Source: Eledone cirrhosa
Taxonomy: Eukaryota
DNA length: 64,000 nucleotides
NCBI GenBank assembly: GCA_964016885.1
Contig: OZ024740.1
Coordinates: forward strand, 30,194,001 to 30,258,000
Direction of reading: 5' to 3'
This document shows positions 19,788 to 35,700 of the stretch, in pieces. A model generated the notes under the pieces. The model did not search any database and was not told where the DNA came from. It was given only the letters and a program-made list of their open reading frames with translations. Made by a program: the position numbers and the translations under genes. The number at the start of each line of letters is the position of its first letter. The first letter of the stretch is position 1.

Positions 19788-22700
19788 TCACAAAATAAAC
19801 CACAACAGTTAAAATATGACATCTTTTAACTAGTACTGGTGCCATGATAAAATATACCCAGTGTATTTTTTAGATAGTGTGAACGTTTCACAAAATAAGC
19901 CACAACAGTTAAAATATGACACCTTTTAACTAGTACTGGCGCCATGATAAAATATACCCAGTGTATTTTTTAGATAGTGTGAACATGTCACAAAATAAAC
20001 CACAACAGTTAAAATATGACATATTTTAACTAGTACTGGTGCCAAGATAAAATATACCTTGTGTATTTTGTAGATAGTGTGAACGAGTCACAAAATAAAC
20101 CACAACAGTTAAAATATGACATCTTTTAACTAGTACTGGTGCCAAGATAATATATACCCAGTGTATTTTGTAGATAGTGTGAACGTGTCCCAAAATAAAC
20201 CACAACAGTTAAAATATGACATCTTTTAACTAGTACTGGTGCCAAGATAATATATACCCAGTGTATTTTGTAGATAGTGTGAACGTGTCACAAAATAAAC
20301 CACAACAGTTAAAATATCACATCTTTTAACTAGTACTGGTGCCATGATAATATATACCCAGTGTATTTTGTATATAGTTTGACCGAGTCACAAAATAAAC
20401 CACAACAGTTAAAATATGACATCTTTTAACTAGCACTGGTGCCATGATAAAATATACCATGTATATTTTGTAGATAGTGTGAACGAGTCACAAAATAAAC
20501 CACAACAGTTAAAATATCACATCTTTTAAATAGTACTGGTGCCATGATAGAATATACCCAGTGTATTTTGTAGATAGTGTGAACGTGTCAGAAAATAAAT
20601 CACAACAGATAAAATATGACATCTTTTAACTAGTACTGGTGCCATGATAAAATATACCATGTGTATTTTGTAGATAGTGTGAACGAGTCACAAAATGAAC
20701 CACAACAGTTAAAATATGACACCTTTTAACTAGTACTGGTGCCATGATAGAATATACCCAGTGAATTTTGTAGATCGTGTGAACCTGTCACAAAATAAAC
20801 CACAACAGTTAAAATATGACATCTTTTAACTAGTACTGGTGACATGATAAAATATACACAGTGTATTTTGTAAATGGTGTGAACGAGTCACAAAATAAAC
20901 CACAACAGTTAAAATATGGCACCTTTTAACTAGTACTGGCGCCATGATAAAATATACCCAGTGTATTTTGTAGATAGTGTGAACGTGTCACAAAATAAAC
21001 AACAACAGTTAAAATATGACATCTTTTTACTAGTACTGGTGTCATGATAAAATATACACAGTGTATTTTGTAGATAGTGTGAACATGTCACAAAATAAAC
21101 CACAATACTTAAAATATTTAAGCTTTTAACTAGTACTGGTGCCATGATAATATATACCCAGTGTATTTTGTAGATAGTGTGAGCGTGTCACAAAATGAAC
21201 CAGAACAGTTAAAATATCACATCTTTTAACTAGTACTTGTGCCATGATAATATATACCCAGTGTATGTTGTATATAGTGATACCGAGTCACAAAATAAAC
21301 CACAACAGTTAAAGTATGACATCTTTTTACTAGTACTGGTTCCATGATAAAATATACCTTGTGTATTTTGTAGATAGTGTGGATGTGTCACAAAATAAAT
21401 CACAACAGTTAAAATATGACATCTTTTAACTAGCACTGGAGCCATGATAAAATATACCCAGTGTATTTTGTAGATAGTGTGAACATGTCACAACATAAAC
21501 CACAACAGTTTAAATATGACATCTTTTAACTAGTACTGGTTCCATGATAAAATATGCCTTGTGTATTTTGTAGATAGTGTGGATGTGTCAGAAAATAAAC
21601 CACAACAGTTAAAATATGACATCTTTTAACTAGTACTGGTGCCATGATAAAATATACCATGTGTATTTTGTAGATAGTGTGAACGAGTCACAAAATATAC
21701 CACAACAGTTAAAATATCACATCTTTTAAATAGTACTGGTGCCATGATAAAATATACCATGTGTATTTTGTAGATAGTGTGAACGAGTCACAAAATAAAC
21801 CACAACAGTTAAAATATGACATCTTTTAACTAGTACTGGTTCCATGATAAAATATACCCAGTGAATTTTGTAGATAGTGTGAACGTGTCACAAAATAAAC
21901 CACAACCGTTAAAATATGACATCTTTTAACTAGTACTGGTGACATGATAAAATATACCTTGTGTATTTTGTAGATGGGGTGAACGAGTCACAAAATAAAC
22001 CACAACAGTTAAAATATCACATCTTTTAAATAGTACTGGTGCCATGATAAAATATACCATGTGTATTTTGTAGATAGTGTGAACGAGTCAAAAAATAAAC
22101 CACAACAGTTAAAATATGTCATCTTTTAACTAGTACTGGTGCCATGATAAAATATACCCAGTGAATTTTGTAGATAGTGTGAACGTGTCACAAAATAAAC
22201 CACAACCGTTAAAATATGACATCTTTTAACTAGTACTGGTGACATGATAAAATATACCTTGTGTATTTTGTAGATGGGGTGAACGAGTCACAAAATAAAC
22301 CACAACAGTTAAAATATCACATCTTTTAACTAGTACTGGTGCCATGATAAAATATACCATGTGTATTTTGTAGATAGTGTGAACGAGTCACAAAGTAAAC
22401 CACAATAGTTAAAATATGACACCTTTTAACTAGTACTGGTGACATGATAAAATATACCTTGTGTATTTTGTAGATAGTGTGAACGAGTCACAAAATAAAC
22501 CACAATAGTTAAAATATTTAAGCTTTTAACTAGTACTGGTGCCATGATAATATATACCCAGTGTATTTTGTAGATAGTGTGAGCGTGTCACAAAATGAAC
22601 CAGAACAGTTAAAATATCACATCTTTTAACTAGTACTTGTGCCATGATAATATATACCCAGTGTATGTTGTATATAGTGATACCGAGTCACAAAATAAAC

Positions 22701-23712
22701 CATAACAGTTTAAGTATGACATCTTTTTACTAGTACTGGTTCCATGATAAAATATACCTTGTGTATTTTGTAGATAGTGTGGATGTGTCAAAAAATAAAT
22801 CACAACAGTTAAAATATGACATCTTTTAACTAGCACTGGAGCCATGATAAAATATACCATGTATATTTTGTAGATAGTGTGAACGAGTCACAAAATATAC
22901 CACAACAGTTAAAATATCACATCTTTTAAACAGTACTGGTGCCATGATAAAATATACCCAGTGTATTTTGTAGATAGTCTGAACGTGTCACAAAATAAAT
23001 CACAACAGTTAAAATATGACACCTTTTAACTAGTACTGGTGCCATGATAGACTATACCCAGTGAATTTTGTAGATAGTGTGAACGTGTCACAAAATAAAC
23101 CACAACAGTTAAAATATGACATCTTTTAACTAGCACTGATGCCATGATAAAATATACCCAGTGAATTTTGTAGATAGTGTAAACGTGTCACAAAATAAAC
23201 CACAACCGTTAAAATTTGACATCTTTTAACTAGTACTGGTGACATGATATAATATACCGTGTGTATTTTGTAAATGGTGTGAACGAGTCACAAAATAAAC
23301 CACAACAGTTAAAATATGACATCTTTTAACTAGTACTGTTGAAATGATAAATTATACCTTGTGTATTTTGTAGATAGTGTGATCGTGTCACTAAATAAAT
23401 CACAACAGTTAAATATGACATCTTTTAACTAGTACTGGAGCATTGATAATATATACCCAGTGTATTTTGTAGATAGTGTGAACGTGTCACAAAATAAACC
23501 ACAACAGTTAAAATATCAGATCATTTAACTAGTACTGGCGCCATAATAATATATACCCAGTATATTTTGTAGATAGTGTGGACCTGTCACAAAATAAACC
23601 ACAACAGTTAAAATATGACACCTTTTAACTAGTACTGGTGCCATGATAGAATATACCCAGTGAATTTTGGAGATCGTGTGAACGAGTCACAAAATAAATC
23701 ACAACAGTTAAA
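19788..23712. repeat. 100-bp tandem satellite, ~39 copies
   Basis: Consensus cacaaaataaaccacaacagttaaaatatgacatcttttaactagtactggtgccatgataaaatatacccagtgtattttgtagatagtgtgaacg(a/t)gt, with exact 100-bp register until a 1-nt deletion at ~23412. Confidence 0.97.
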
Positions 23713-26700
23713 GACAATGTTAGTTATAGTTACTAGTCCTATTACTGTTACTATAGTGACACTGTTAGTTATAGTTACTAGTCCTATTGCTGTTACTGTA
23801 GTGACAGTGTTAGTTATAGTTACTAGTCATATTACAGTTACTATAGTGACAGTGTTAGTTATAGTTACTAGTCCTATTACTGTAACTATAGTGACAGTGT
23901 TAGTTATAGTTACTAGTCCTATTGCTGTTACTATAGTGACAGTGTTAGTTATAGTTACTAGTCCTATTGCTGTTACTATAGTGACAGTGTTAGTTATAGT
24001 TACTAGTCCTATTACTGTTACTATAGTGACACTGTTAGTTATAGTTACTAGTCCTATTGCTGTTACTATAGTGACAGTGTTAGTTATAGTTACTAGTCCT
24101 ATTGCTGTTACTATAGTGAGAGTGTTAGTTACAGTTACTAGTCCTATTAATGTTACTATAGTGACAGTGTTAGTTATAGTTACTAGTCCTATTGCTGTTA
24201 CTATAGTGACACTGTTAGTTATAGTTACTAGTCCTATTACTGTTACTATAGTGACACTTAGTTATAGTTACTAGTCCTATTACTGTTACTATAGTGACAC
24301 TGTTAGTTATAGTTACTAGTCCTATTGCTGTTACTATAGTGACAGTGTCAGTTATAGTTACTAGTCCTATTACTGTTACTATAGTGACACTGTTAGTTAT
24401 AGTTACTAGTCCTATTACTGTTACTATAGTGACACTGTTAGTTATAGTTACTAGTCCTATTACTGTTACTATAGTGACACAGTTAGTTATAGTAACTATT
24501 CCTATTACTGTTACTATAGTGACACTGTTAGTTACAGTTACTAGTCCTATTACTGTTACTATAGTGACAGTGTTAGTTATAGTTACTAGTCCTATTACTG
24601 TTACTATAGTGACACTGTTAGTTATAGTTACTAGTCCTATTACTGTTACTATAGTGACACTGTTAGTTATAGTTACTATAGTGACAGTGTTAGTTATAGT
24701 TACTAGTCATATTACTGTTACTATAGTGACACATTTAGTTATAGTTACTAGTCCTATTGCTGTTACTATAGTGACAGTGTTAGTTATAGTTACTAGTCCT
24801 ATTACTGTTACTATAGTGACACATTTAGTTATAGTTACTAGTCCTATTGCTGTTACTATAGTGACAGTGTTAGTTATAGTTACTAGTCCTATAACTGTTA
24901 CTATAGTGACACTGTTAGTTATAGTTACTAGTCCTATTACTGTTACTATAGTGACACTGTTAGTTATAGTTACTAGTCTTATTGCTGTTACTATAGTGAC
25001 ACTGTTAGTTATAGTTACTAGCCTATTACTGTTACTATAGTGACAGTGTTACTTATAGTTACTAGTCCTATTAATGTTACTATAGTGACACTATTAGTTA
25101 TAGTTACTAGTCCTATTGCTGTTACTATAGTGACACTGTTATTTATAGTTACTAGTCCTATTGCTGTTACTATAGTGACACTGTTAGTTATAGTTACTTG
25201 TCCTATTATGTTACTATAGTGACACTGTTAGTTATAGTTACTAGTCCTATTACTGTTACTATAGTGACACTGTTAGTTATAGTTACTAGTCCTATTACTG
25301 TTACTATAGTGACAGTGTTAGTTATAGTTACTAGTCCTATTACTGTTACTATAGTGACAGTGTTAGTTATAGTTACTAGTCATATTACTGTTACTATAGT
25401 GACACTGTTAGTTATAGTTACTAGTCATATTACTGTTACTATAGTGACACTGTTAGTTATAGTTACTAGACCTATTACTGTTACTATAGTGACAGTGTTA
25501 GTTATAGTTACTAGTCCTATTACTGTTACTATAGTGACAGTGTTAGTTATAGTTACTAGTCATATTACTGTTACTATAGTGACACTGTTAGTTATAGTTA
25601 CTAGACCTATTACTGTTACTATAGTGACAGTGTTAGTTATAGTTACTAGTCCTATTACTGTTACTATAGTGACACTGTTAGTTATAGTTACTAGTCCTAT
25701 TACTATTACTATAGTGACACTGTTAGTTATAGTTACTATTCCTATTACTGTTACTATAGTGACACTGTTAGTTATAGTTACTAGTCCTATTACTGTTACT
25801 ATAGTGACACTGTCAGTTATAGTTACTAGTCCTATGGCTGTTACTATAGTGACAGTGTTAGTTATAGTTACTAGTCCTATTACTGTTACTATAGTGACAC
25901 TGTTAGTTATAGTTACTAGTCATATTACTGTTACTATAGTGACACTGTTAGTTATAGTTACTAGTCCTATTACTGTTACTATAGTGACAGTGTTAGTTAT
26001 AGTTACTAGTCATATTACTGTTACTATAGTGACACTGTTAGTTATAGTTACTAGTCATATTACTGTTACTATAGTGACACTGTTAGTTATAGTTACTAGA
26101 CCTATTGCTGTTACTATAGTGACACTGTTATTTATAGTTACTAGTCCTATTACTGTTACTATAGTGACAGTGTTAGTTATAGTTACTAGTCCTATTACTG
26201 TTACTATAGTGACACTGTTAGTTATAGTTACTAGTCCTATTGCTGTTACTATAGTGACACTGTTAGTTATAGTTACTAGTCCTATTACTGTTACTATAGT
26301 GACACAGTTAGTTATAGTTACTAGTCCTATTGCTGTTACTATAGTGACACTGTTAGTTATAGTTACTAGTCCTATTACTGTTACTATAGTGACACAGTTA
26401 GTTATAGTTACTAGTCCTATTGCTGTTACTGTAGTGACACTGTTAGTTATAGTTACTAGTCCTATTACTGTTACTATAGTGACACTGTTAGTTATAGTTA
26501 CTAGTCCTATTACTGTTACTATAGTGACACAGTTAGTTATAGTTACTAGTCCTATTGCTGTTACTATAGTGACACTGTTAGTTATAGTTACTAGTCCTAT
26601 TACTGTTACTATAGTGACACAGTTAGTTATAGTTACTAGTCCTATTACTGTTACTATAGTGACAGTGTTAGTTATAGTTACTAGTCCTATTGCTGTTACT

Positions 26701-29700
26701 ATAGTGACACTGTTAGTTATAGTTACTAGTCCTATTACTGTTACTATAGTGACACAGTTAGTTATAGTTACTAGTCCTATTACTGTTACTATAGTGACAG
26801 TGTTAGTTATAGTTACTAGTCCTATTGCTGTTACTATAGTGACACTGTTAGTTATAGTTACTAGTCCTATTAGTGTTACTATAGTGACACTGTTAGTTAT
26901 AATTACTAGTCCTATTACTGTTACTATAGTGACACTGTTAGTTATAGTTACTAGTCCTATTACTGTTACTATAGTGACAGTGTTAGTTATAGTTACTAGT
27001 CCTATTGCTGTTTCTATAGTGACAGTGTCAGTTATAGTTACTAGTCCTATTACTGTTACTATAGTGACTATGTTAGTTATAGTTACTAGTCCTATTACTG
27101 TTACTATAGTGACAGTGTTAGTTACAGTTACTAGTCTTATTACTGTTACTATAGTGACACTGTTAGTTATAGTTACTAGTCCTATTACTGTTACTATAGT
27201 GACACTGTTAGTTATAATTACTAGTCCTATTACTGTTACTATAGTGACAGTGTCAGTTATAGTTACTAGTCCTATTACTGTTACTATAGTGACACTGTTA
27301 GTTATAGTTACTAGTCCTATTACTGTTACTATAGTGACACTGTTAGTTATAGTTACTAGTCCTATTACTGTTACTATAGTGACACAGTTAGTTATAGTTA
27401 CTAGTCCTATTGCTGTTACTATAGTGACACTGTTAGTTATAGTTACTAGTCCTATTGCTGTTACTATTGTGACACTGTTAGTTATACTTACTAGTCCTAT
27501 TACTGTTACTATAGTGACAGTGTTAGTTATAGTTACTAATCCTATTACTGTTACTATAGTGACAGTGTTAGTTACAGTTACTAGTCCTATTAATGTTACT
27601 ATAGTGACACTGTTAGTTATAGTTACTAGTCCTATTACTGTTACTATAGTGACACTGTTAGTTACAGTTACTAGTCCTATTGCTGTTACTATAGTGACAC
27701 TGTTAGTTATAGTTACTAGTCCTATTACTGTTACTATAGTGACAGTGTTAGTTATAGTTACTAGTCCTATTACTGTTACTATAGTGACAGTGTTAGTTAT
27801 AGTTACTAGTCCTATTACTGTTACTATAGTGACACTGTTAGTTATAGTTACTAGTCCTATTACTGTTACTATAGTGACACAGTTAGTTATAGTAACTATT
27901 CCTATTACTGTTACTATAGTGACACTGTTAGTTACAGTTACTAGTCCTATTACTGTTACTATAGTGACAGTGTTAGTTATAGTTACTAGTCCTATTACTG
28001 TTACTATAGTGACACTGTTAGTTATAGTTACTAGTCCTATTACTGTTACTATAGTGACACTGTTAGTTATAGTTACTATAGTGACAGTGTTAGTTATAGT
28101 TACTAGTCATATTACTGTTACTATAGTGACACATTTAGTTATAGTTACTAGTCCTATTGCTGTTACTATAGTGACAGTGTTAGTTATAGTTACTAGTCCT
28201 ATTACTGTTACTATAGTGACACATTTAGTTATAGTTACTAGTCCTATTGCTGTTACTATAGTGACAGTGTTAGTTATAGTTACTAGTCCTATAACTGTTA
28301 CTATAGTGACACTGTTAGTTATAGTTACTAGTCCTATTACTGTTACTATAGTGACACTGTTAGTTATAGTTACTAGTCTTATTGCTGTTACTATAGTGAC
28401 ACTGTTAGTTATAGTTACTAGCCTATTACTGTTACTATAGTGACAGTGTTACTTATAGTTACTAGTCCTATTAATGTTACTATAGTGACACTATTAGTTA
28501 TAGTTACTAGTCCTATTGCTGTTACTATAGTGACACTGTTATTTATAGTTACTAGTCCTATTGCTGTTACTATAGTGACACTGTTAGTTATAGTTACTTG
28601 TCCTATTATGTTACTATAGTGACACTGTTAGTTATAGTTACTAGTCCTATTACTGTTACTATAGTGACACTGTTAGTTATAGTTACTAGTCCTATTACTG
28701 TTACTATAGTGACAGTGTTAGTTATAGTTACTAGTCCTATTACTGTTACTATAGTGACAGTGTTAGTTATAGTTACTAGTCATATTACTGTTACTATAGT
28801 GACACTGTTAGTTATAGTTACTAGTCATATTACTGTTACTATAGTGACACTGTTAGTTATAGTTACTAGACCTATTACTGTTACTATAGTGACAGTGTTA
28901 GTTATAGTTACTAGTCCTATTACTGTTACTATAGTGACAGTGTTAGTTATAGTTACTAGTCATATTACTGTTACTATAGTGACACTGTTAGTTATAGTTA
29001 CTAGACCTATTACTGTTACTATAGTGACAGTGTTAGTTATAGTTACTAGTCCTATTACTGTTACTATAGTGACACTGTTAGTTATAGTTACTAGTCCTAT
29101 TACTATTACTATAGTGACACTGTTAGTTATAGTTACTATTCCTATTACTGTTACTATAGTGACACTGTTAGTTATAGTTACTAGTCCTATTACTGTTACT
29201 ATAGTGACACTGTCAGTTATAGTTACTAGTCCTATGGCTGTTACTATAGTGACAGTGTTAGTTATAGTTACTAGTCCTATTACTGTTACTATAGTGACAC
29301 TGTTAGTTATAGTTACTAGTCATATTACTGTTACTATAGTGACACTGTTAGTTATAGTTACTAGTCCTATTACTGTTACTATAGTGACAGTGTTAGTTAT
29401 AGTTACTAGTCATATTACTGTTACTATAGTGACACTGTTAGTTATAGTTACTAGTCATATTACTGTTACTATAGTGACACTGTTAGTTATAGTTACTAGA
29501 CCTATTGCTGTTACTATAGTGACACTGTTATTTATAGTTACTAGTCCTATTACTGTTACTATAGTGACAGTGTTAGTTATAGTTACTAGTCCTATTACTG
29601 TTACTATAGTGACACTGTTAGTTATAGTTACTAGTCCTATTGCTGTTACTATAGTGACACTGTTAGTTATAGTTACTAGTCCTATTACTGTTACTATAGT

Positions 29701-32700
29701 GACACAGTTAGTTATAGTTACTAGTCCTATTGCTGTTACTATAGTGACACTGTTAGTTATAGTTACTAGTCCTATTACTGTTACTATAGTGACACAGTTA
29801 GTTATAGTTACTAGTCCTATTGCTGTTACTGTAGTGACACTGTTAGTTATAGTTACTAGTCCTATTACTGTTACTATAGTGACACTGTTAGTTATAGTTA
29901 CTAGTCCTATTACTGTTACTATAGTGACACAGTTAGTTATAGTTACTAGTCCTATTGCTGTTACTATAGTGACACTGTTAGTTATAGTTACTAGTCCTAT
30001 TACTGTTACTATAGTGACACAGTTAGTTATAGTTACTAGTCCTATTACTGTTACTATAGTGACAGTGTTAGTTATAGTTACTAGTCCTATTGCTGTTACT
30101 ATAGTGACACTGTTAGTTATAGTTACTAGTCCTATTACTGTTACTATAGTGACACAGTTAGTTATAGTTACTAGTCCTATTACTGTTACTATAGTGACAG
30201 TGTTAGTTATAGTTACTAGTCCTATTGCTGTTACTATAGTGACACTGTTAGTTATAGTTACTAGTCCTATTAGTGTTACTATAGTGACACTGTTAGTTAT
30301 AATTACTAGTCCTATTACTGTTACTATAGTGACACTGTTAGTTATAGTTACTAGTCCTATTACTGTTACTATAGTGACAGTGTTAGTTATAGTTACTAGT
30401 CCTATTGCTGTTTCTATAGTGACAGTGTCAGTTATAGTTACTAGTCCTATTACTGTTACTATAGTGACTATGTTAGTTATAGTTACTAGTCCTATTACTG
30501 TTACTATAGTGACAGTGTTAGTTACAGTTACTAGTCTTATTACTGTTACTATAGTGACACTGTTAGTTATAGTTACTAGTCCTATTACTGTTACTATAGT
30601 GACACTGTTAGTTATAATTACTAGTCCTATTACTGTTACTATAGTGACAGTGTCAGTTATAGTTACTAGTCCTATTACTGTTACTATAGTGACACTGTTA
30701 GTTATAGTTACTAGTCCTATTACTGTTACTATAGTGACACTGTTAGTTATAGTTACTAGTCCTATTACTGTTACTATAGTGACACAGTTAGTTATAGTTA
30801 CTAGTCCTATTGCTGTTACTATAGTGACACTGTTAGTTATAGTTACTAGTCCTATTGCTGTTACTATTGTGACACTGTTAGTTATACTTACTAGTCCTAT
30901 TACTGTTACTATAGTGACAGTGTTAGTTATAGTTACTAATCCTATTACTGTTACTATAGTGACAGTGTTAGTTACAGTTACTAGTCCTATTAATGTTACT
31001 ATAGTGACACTGTTAGTTATAGTTACTAGTCCTATTACTGTTACTATAGTGACACTGTTAGTTACAGTTACTAGTCCTATTGCTGTTACTATAGTGACAC
31101 TGTTAGTTATAGTTACTAGTCCTATTACTGTTACTATAGTGACAGTGTTAGTTATAGTTACTAGTCCTATTACTGTTACTATAGTGACAGTGTTAGTTAT
31201 AGTTACTAGTCCTATTACTGTTACTATAGTGACACTGTTAGTTATAGTTACTAGTCCTATTACTGTTACTATAGTGACACAGTTAGTTATAGTAACTATT
31301 CCTATTACTGTTACTATAGTGACACTGTTAGTTACAGTTACTAGTCCTATTACTGTTACTATAGTGACAGTGTTAGTTATAGTTACTAGTCCTATTACTG
31401 TTACTATAGTGACACTGTTAGTTATAGTTACTAGTCCTATTACTGTTACTATAGTGACACTGTTAGTTATAGTTACTATAGTGACAGTGTTAGTTATAGT
31501 TACTAGTCATATTACTGTTACTATAGTGACACATTTAGTTATAGTTACTAGTCCTATTGCTGTTACTATAGTGACAGTGTTAGTTATAGTTACTAGTCCT
31601 ATTACTGTTACTATAGTGACACATTTAGTTATAGTTACTAGTCCTATTGCTGTTACTATAGTGACAGTGTTAGTTATAGTTACTAGTCCTATAACTGTTA
31701 CTATAGTGACACTGTTAGTTATAGTTACTAGTCCTATTACTGTTACTATAGTGACACTGTTAGTTATAGTTACTAGTCTTATTGCTGTTACTATAGTGAC
31801 ACTGTTAGTTATAGTTACTAGCCTATTACTGTTACTATAGTGACAGTGTTACTTATAGTTACTAGTCCTATTAATGTTACTATAGTGACACTATTAGTTA
31901 TAGTTACTAGTCCTATTGCTGTTACTATAGTGACACTGTTATTTATAGTTACTAGTCCTATTGCTGTTACTATAGTGACACTGTTAGTTATAGTTACTTG
32001 TCCTATTATGTTACTATAGTGACACTGTTAGTTATAGTTACTAGTCCTATTACTGTTACTATAGTGACACTGTTAGTTATAGTTACTAGTCCTATTACTG
32101 TTACTATAGTGACAGTGTTAGTTATAGTTACTAGTCCTATTACTGTTACTATAGTGACAGTGTTAGTTATAGTTACTAGTCATATTACTGTTACTATAGT
32201 GACACTGTTAGTTATAGTTACTAGTCATATTACTGTTACTATAGTGACACTGTTAGTTATAGTTACTAGACCTATTACTGTTACTATAGTGACAGTGTTA
32301 GTTATAGTTACTAGTCCTATTACTGTTACTATAGTGACAGTGTTAGTTATAGTTACTAGTCATATTACTGTTACTATAGTGACACTGTTAGTTATAGTTA
32401 CTAGACCTATTACTGTTACTATAGTGACAGTGTTAGTTATAGTTACTAGTCCTATTACTGTTACTATAGTGACACTGTTAGTTATAGTTACTAGTCCTAT
32501 TACTATTACTATAGTGACACTGTTAGTTATAGTTACTATTCCTATTACTGTTACTATAGTGACACTGTTAGTTATAGTTACTAGTCCTATTACTGTTACT
32601 ATAGTGACACTGTCAGTTATAGTTACTAGTCCTATGGCTGTTACTATAGTGACAGTGTTAGTTATAGTTACTAGTCCTATTACTGTTACTATAGTGACAC

Positions 32701-35700
32701 TGTTAGTTATAGTTACTAGTCATATTACTGTTACTATAGTGACACTGTTAGTTATAGTTACTAGTCCCATTACTGTTACTATAGTGACACTGTTAGTTAT
32801 AGTTACTAGTCATATTACTGTTACTATAGTGACACTGTTAGTTATAGTTACTAGACCTATTGCTGTTACTATAGTGACACTGTTATTTATAGTTACTAGT
32901 CCTATTACTGTTACTATAGTGACAGTGTTAGTTATAGTTACTAGTCCTATTACTGTTACTATAGTGACACTGTTAGTTATAGTTACTAGTCCTATTGCTG
33001 TTACTATAGTGACACTGTTAGTTATAGTTACTAGTCCTATTACTGTTACTATAGTGACACAGTTAGTTATAGTTACTAGTCCTATTGCTGTTACTATAGT
33101 GACACTGTTAGTTATAGTTACTAGTCCTATTACTGTTACTATAGTGACACAGTTAGTTATAGTTACTAGTCCTATTGCTGTTACTGTAGTGACACTGTTA
33201 GTTATAGTTACTAGTCCTATTACTGTTACTATAGTGACACTGTTAGTTATAGTTACTAGTCCTATTACTGTTACTATAGTGACACAGTTAGTTATAGTTA
33301 CTAGTCCTATTGCTGTTACTATAGTGACACTGTTAGTTATAGTTACTAGTCCTATTACTGTTACTATAGTGACACAGTTAGTTATAGTTACTAGTCCTAT
33401 TACTGTTACTATAGTGACAGTGTTAGTTATAGTTACTAGTCCTATTGCTGTTACTATAGTGACACTGTTAATTATAGTTACTAGTCCTATTACTGTTACT
33501 ATAGTGACACAGTTAGTTATAGTTACTAGTCCTATTACTGTTACTATAGTGACAGTGTTAGTTATAGTTACTAGTCCTATTGCTGTTACTATAGTGACAC
33601 TGTTAGTTATAGTTACTAGTCCTATTACTGTTACTATAGTGACACTGTTAGTTATAATTACTAGTCCTATTACTGTTACTATAGTGACACTGTTAGTTAT
33701 AGTTACTAGTCCTATTACTGTTACTATAGTGACAGTGTTAGTTATAGTTACTAGTCCTATTGCTGTTTCTATAGTGACAGTGTCAGTTATAGTTACTAGT
33801 CCTATTACTGTTACTATAGTGACTATGTTAGTTATAGTTACTAGTCCTATTACTGTTACTATAGTGACAGTGTTAGTTACAGTTACTAGTCTTATTACTG
33901 TTACTATAGTGACACTGTTAGTTATAGTTACTCGTCCTATTACTGTTACTATAGTGACACTGTTAGTTATAATTACTAGTCCTATTACTGTTACTATAGT
34001 GACACTGTTAGTTATAGTTACTAGTCCTATTGCTGTTTCTATAGTGACAGTGTCAGTTATAGTTACTAGTCATATTAGTGTTACTATAGTGACACTGTTA
34101 GTTATAGTTACTAGTCCTATTACTGTTACTATAGTGACACTGTTAGTTATAGTTACTAGTCCTATTACTGTTACTATAGTGACACTGTTAGTTACAGTTA
34201 CTAGTCCTATTACTGTTACTATAGTGACTATGTTAGTTATAGTTACTAGTCCTATTACTGTTACTATAGTGACAGTGTTAGTTATAGTTACTAGTCCTAT
34301 TACTGTTACTATAGTGACACGGTTAGTTATAGTTACTAGTCCTATTAGTGTTACTATAGTGACACTGTTAGTTATAGTTACTAGTCATATTACTGTTACT
34401 ATAGTTACTAGTCCTATTACTGTTACTATAGTGACAGTGTTAGTTAATCTTACTACTCCTATTACTGTTACTATAGTGACACTGTCAGTTATAGTTACTA
34501 GTCCTATTGCTGTTACTATAGTGACACTGTCAGTTATAGTTACTAGTCCTATTGCTGTTACTATAGTGACACTGTTAGTTATAGTTACTAGTCCTATTAG
34601 TATTACTATAGTGACACTGTTAGTTAATCTTACTTGTCCTATTGCTGTTACTATAGTGACACTGTTAGTTATAGTTACTAGTCATATTACTGTTACTATA
34701 GTTACTAGTCCTAATACTGTTACTATAGTGACACTGTTAGTTAATCTTACTACTCCTATTACTGTTACTATAGTGACACTGTCAGTTATAGTTACTAGTC
34801 CTATTGCTGTTACTATAGTGACACTGTCAGTTATAGTTACTAGTCCTATTGCTGTTACTATAGTAACACTGTTAGTTATAGTTACTAGTCCTATTAGTGT
34901 TACTATAGTGACACTGTTAGTTAATCTTACTAGTCCTATTGCTGTTACTATAGTGACACTGTTAGTTATAGTTACTAGTCCTATTACTGTTACTATAGTG
35001 ACACTGTTAGTTATAGTTACTAGTCATATTACTGTTACTATAGTGACACTGTTAGTTATAGTTACTAGTCCTATTACTGTTACTATAGTGACACAGTTAG
35101 TTATAGTTACTAGTCCTATTGCTGTTACTATAGTGACACTGTTAGTTATAGTTACTAGTCCTATTGCTGTTTCTATAGTGACAGTGTCAGTTATAGTTAC
35201 TAGTCATATTACTGTTACTATAGTGACAGTGTTAGTTATAGTTACTAGTCCTATTACTGTTACTATAGTGACACTATTAGTTATAGTTACTAGTTCTATT
35301 ACTATTACTATAGTGACACAGTTAGTTATAATTACTAGTCATATTACTGTTACTATAGTGACACTGTCAGTTATAGTTACTCGTCCTATTATGTTACTAT
35401 AGTGACAGTGTTAGTTATAGTTACTAGTCCTATTACTTTTACTATAGTGACACTGTTAGTTATAGTTACTAGTCCTATTGCTGTTACTATAGTGACAGTG
35501 TTAGTTACAGTTACTAGTCTTATTAATGTTACTATAGTGACACTGTTAGTTATAGTTACAACTCCTATTACTGTTACTATAGTGACACTGTTAGTTATAG
35601 TTACTAGTCATATTACTGTTACTATAGTGACAGTGTTAGTTATAGTTACTAGTCATATTACTGTTACTATAGTGACACTGTCAGTTATAGTTACTAGTCC

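Noticed and set aside
20930-22860. 71-76-aa minus-strand ORFs in the 100-bp satellite
   Set aside because: Chance frames across a tandem repeat whose length is not a multiple of 3.
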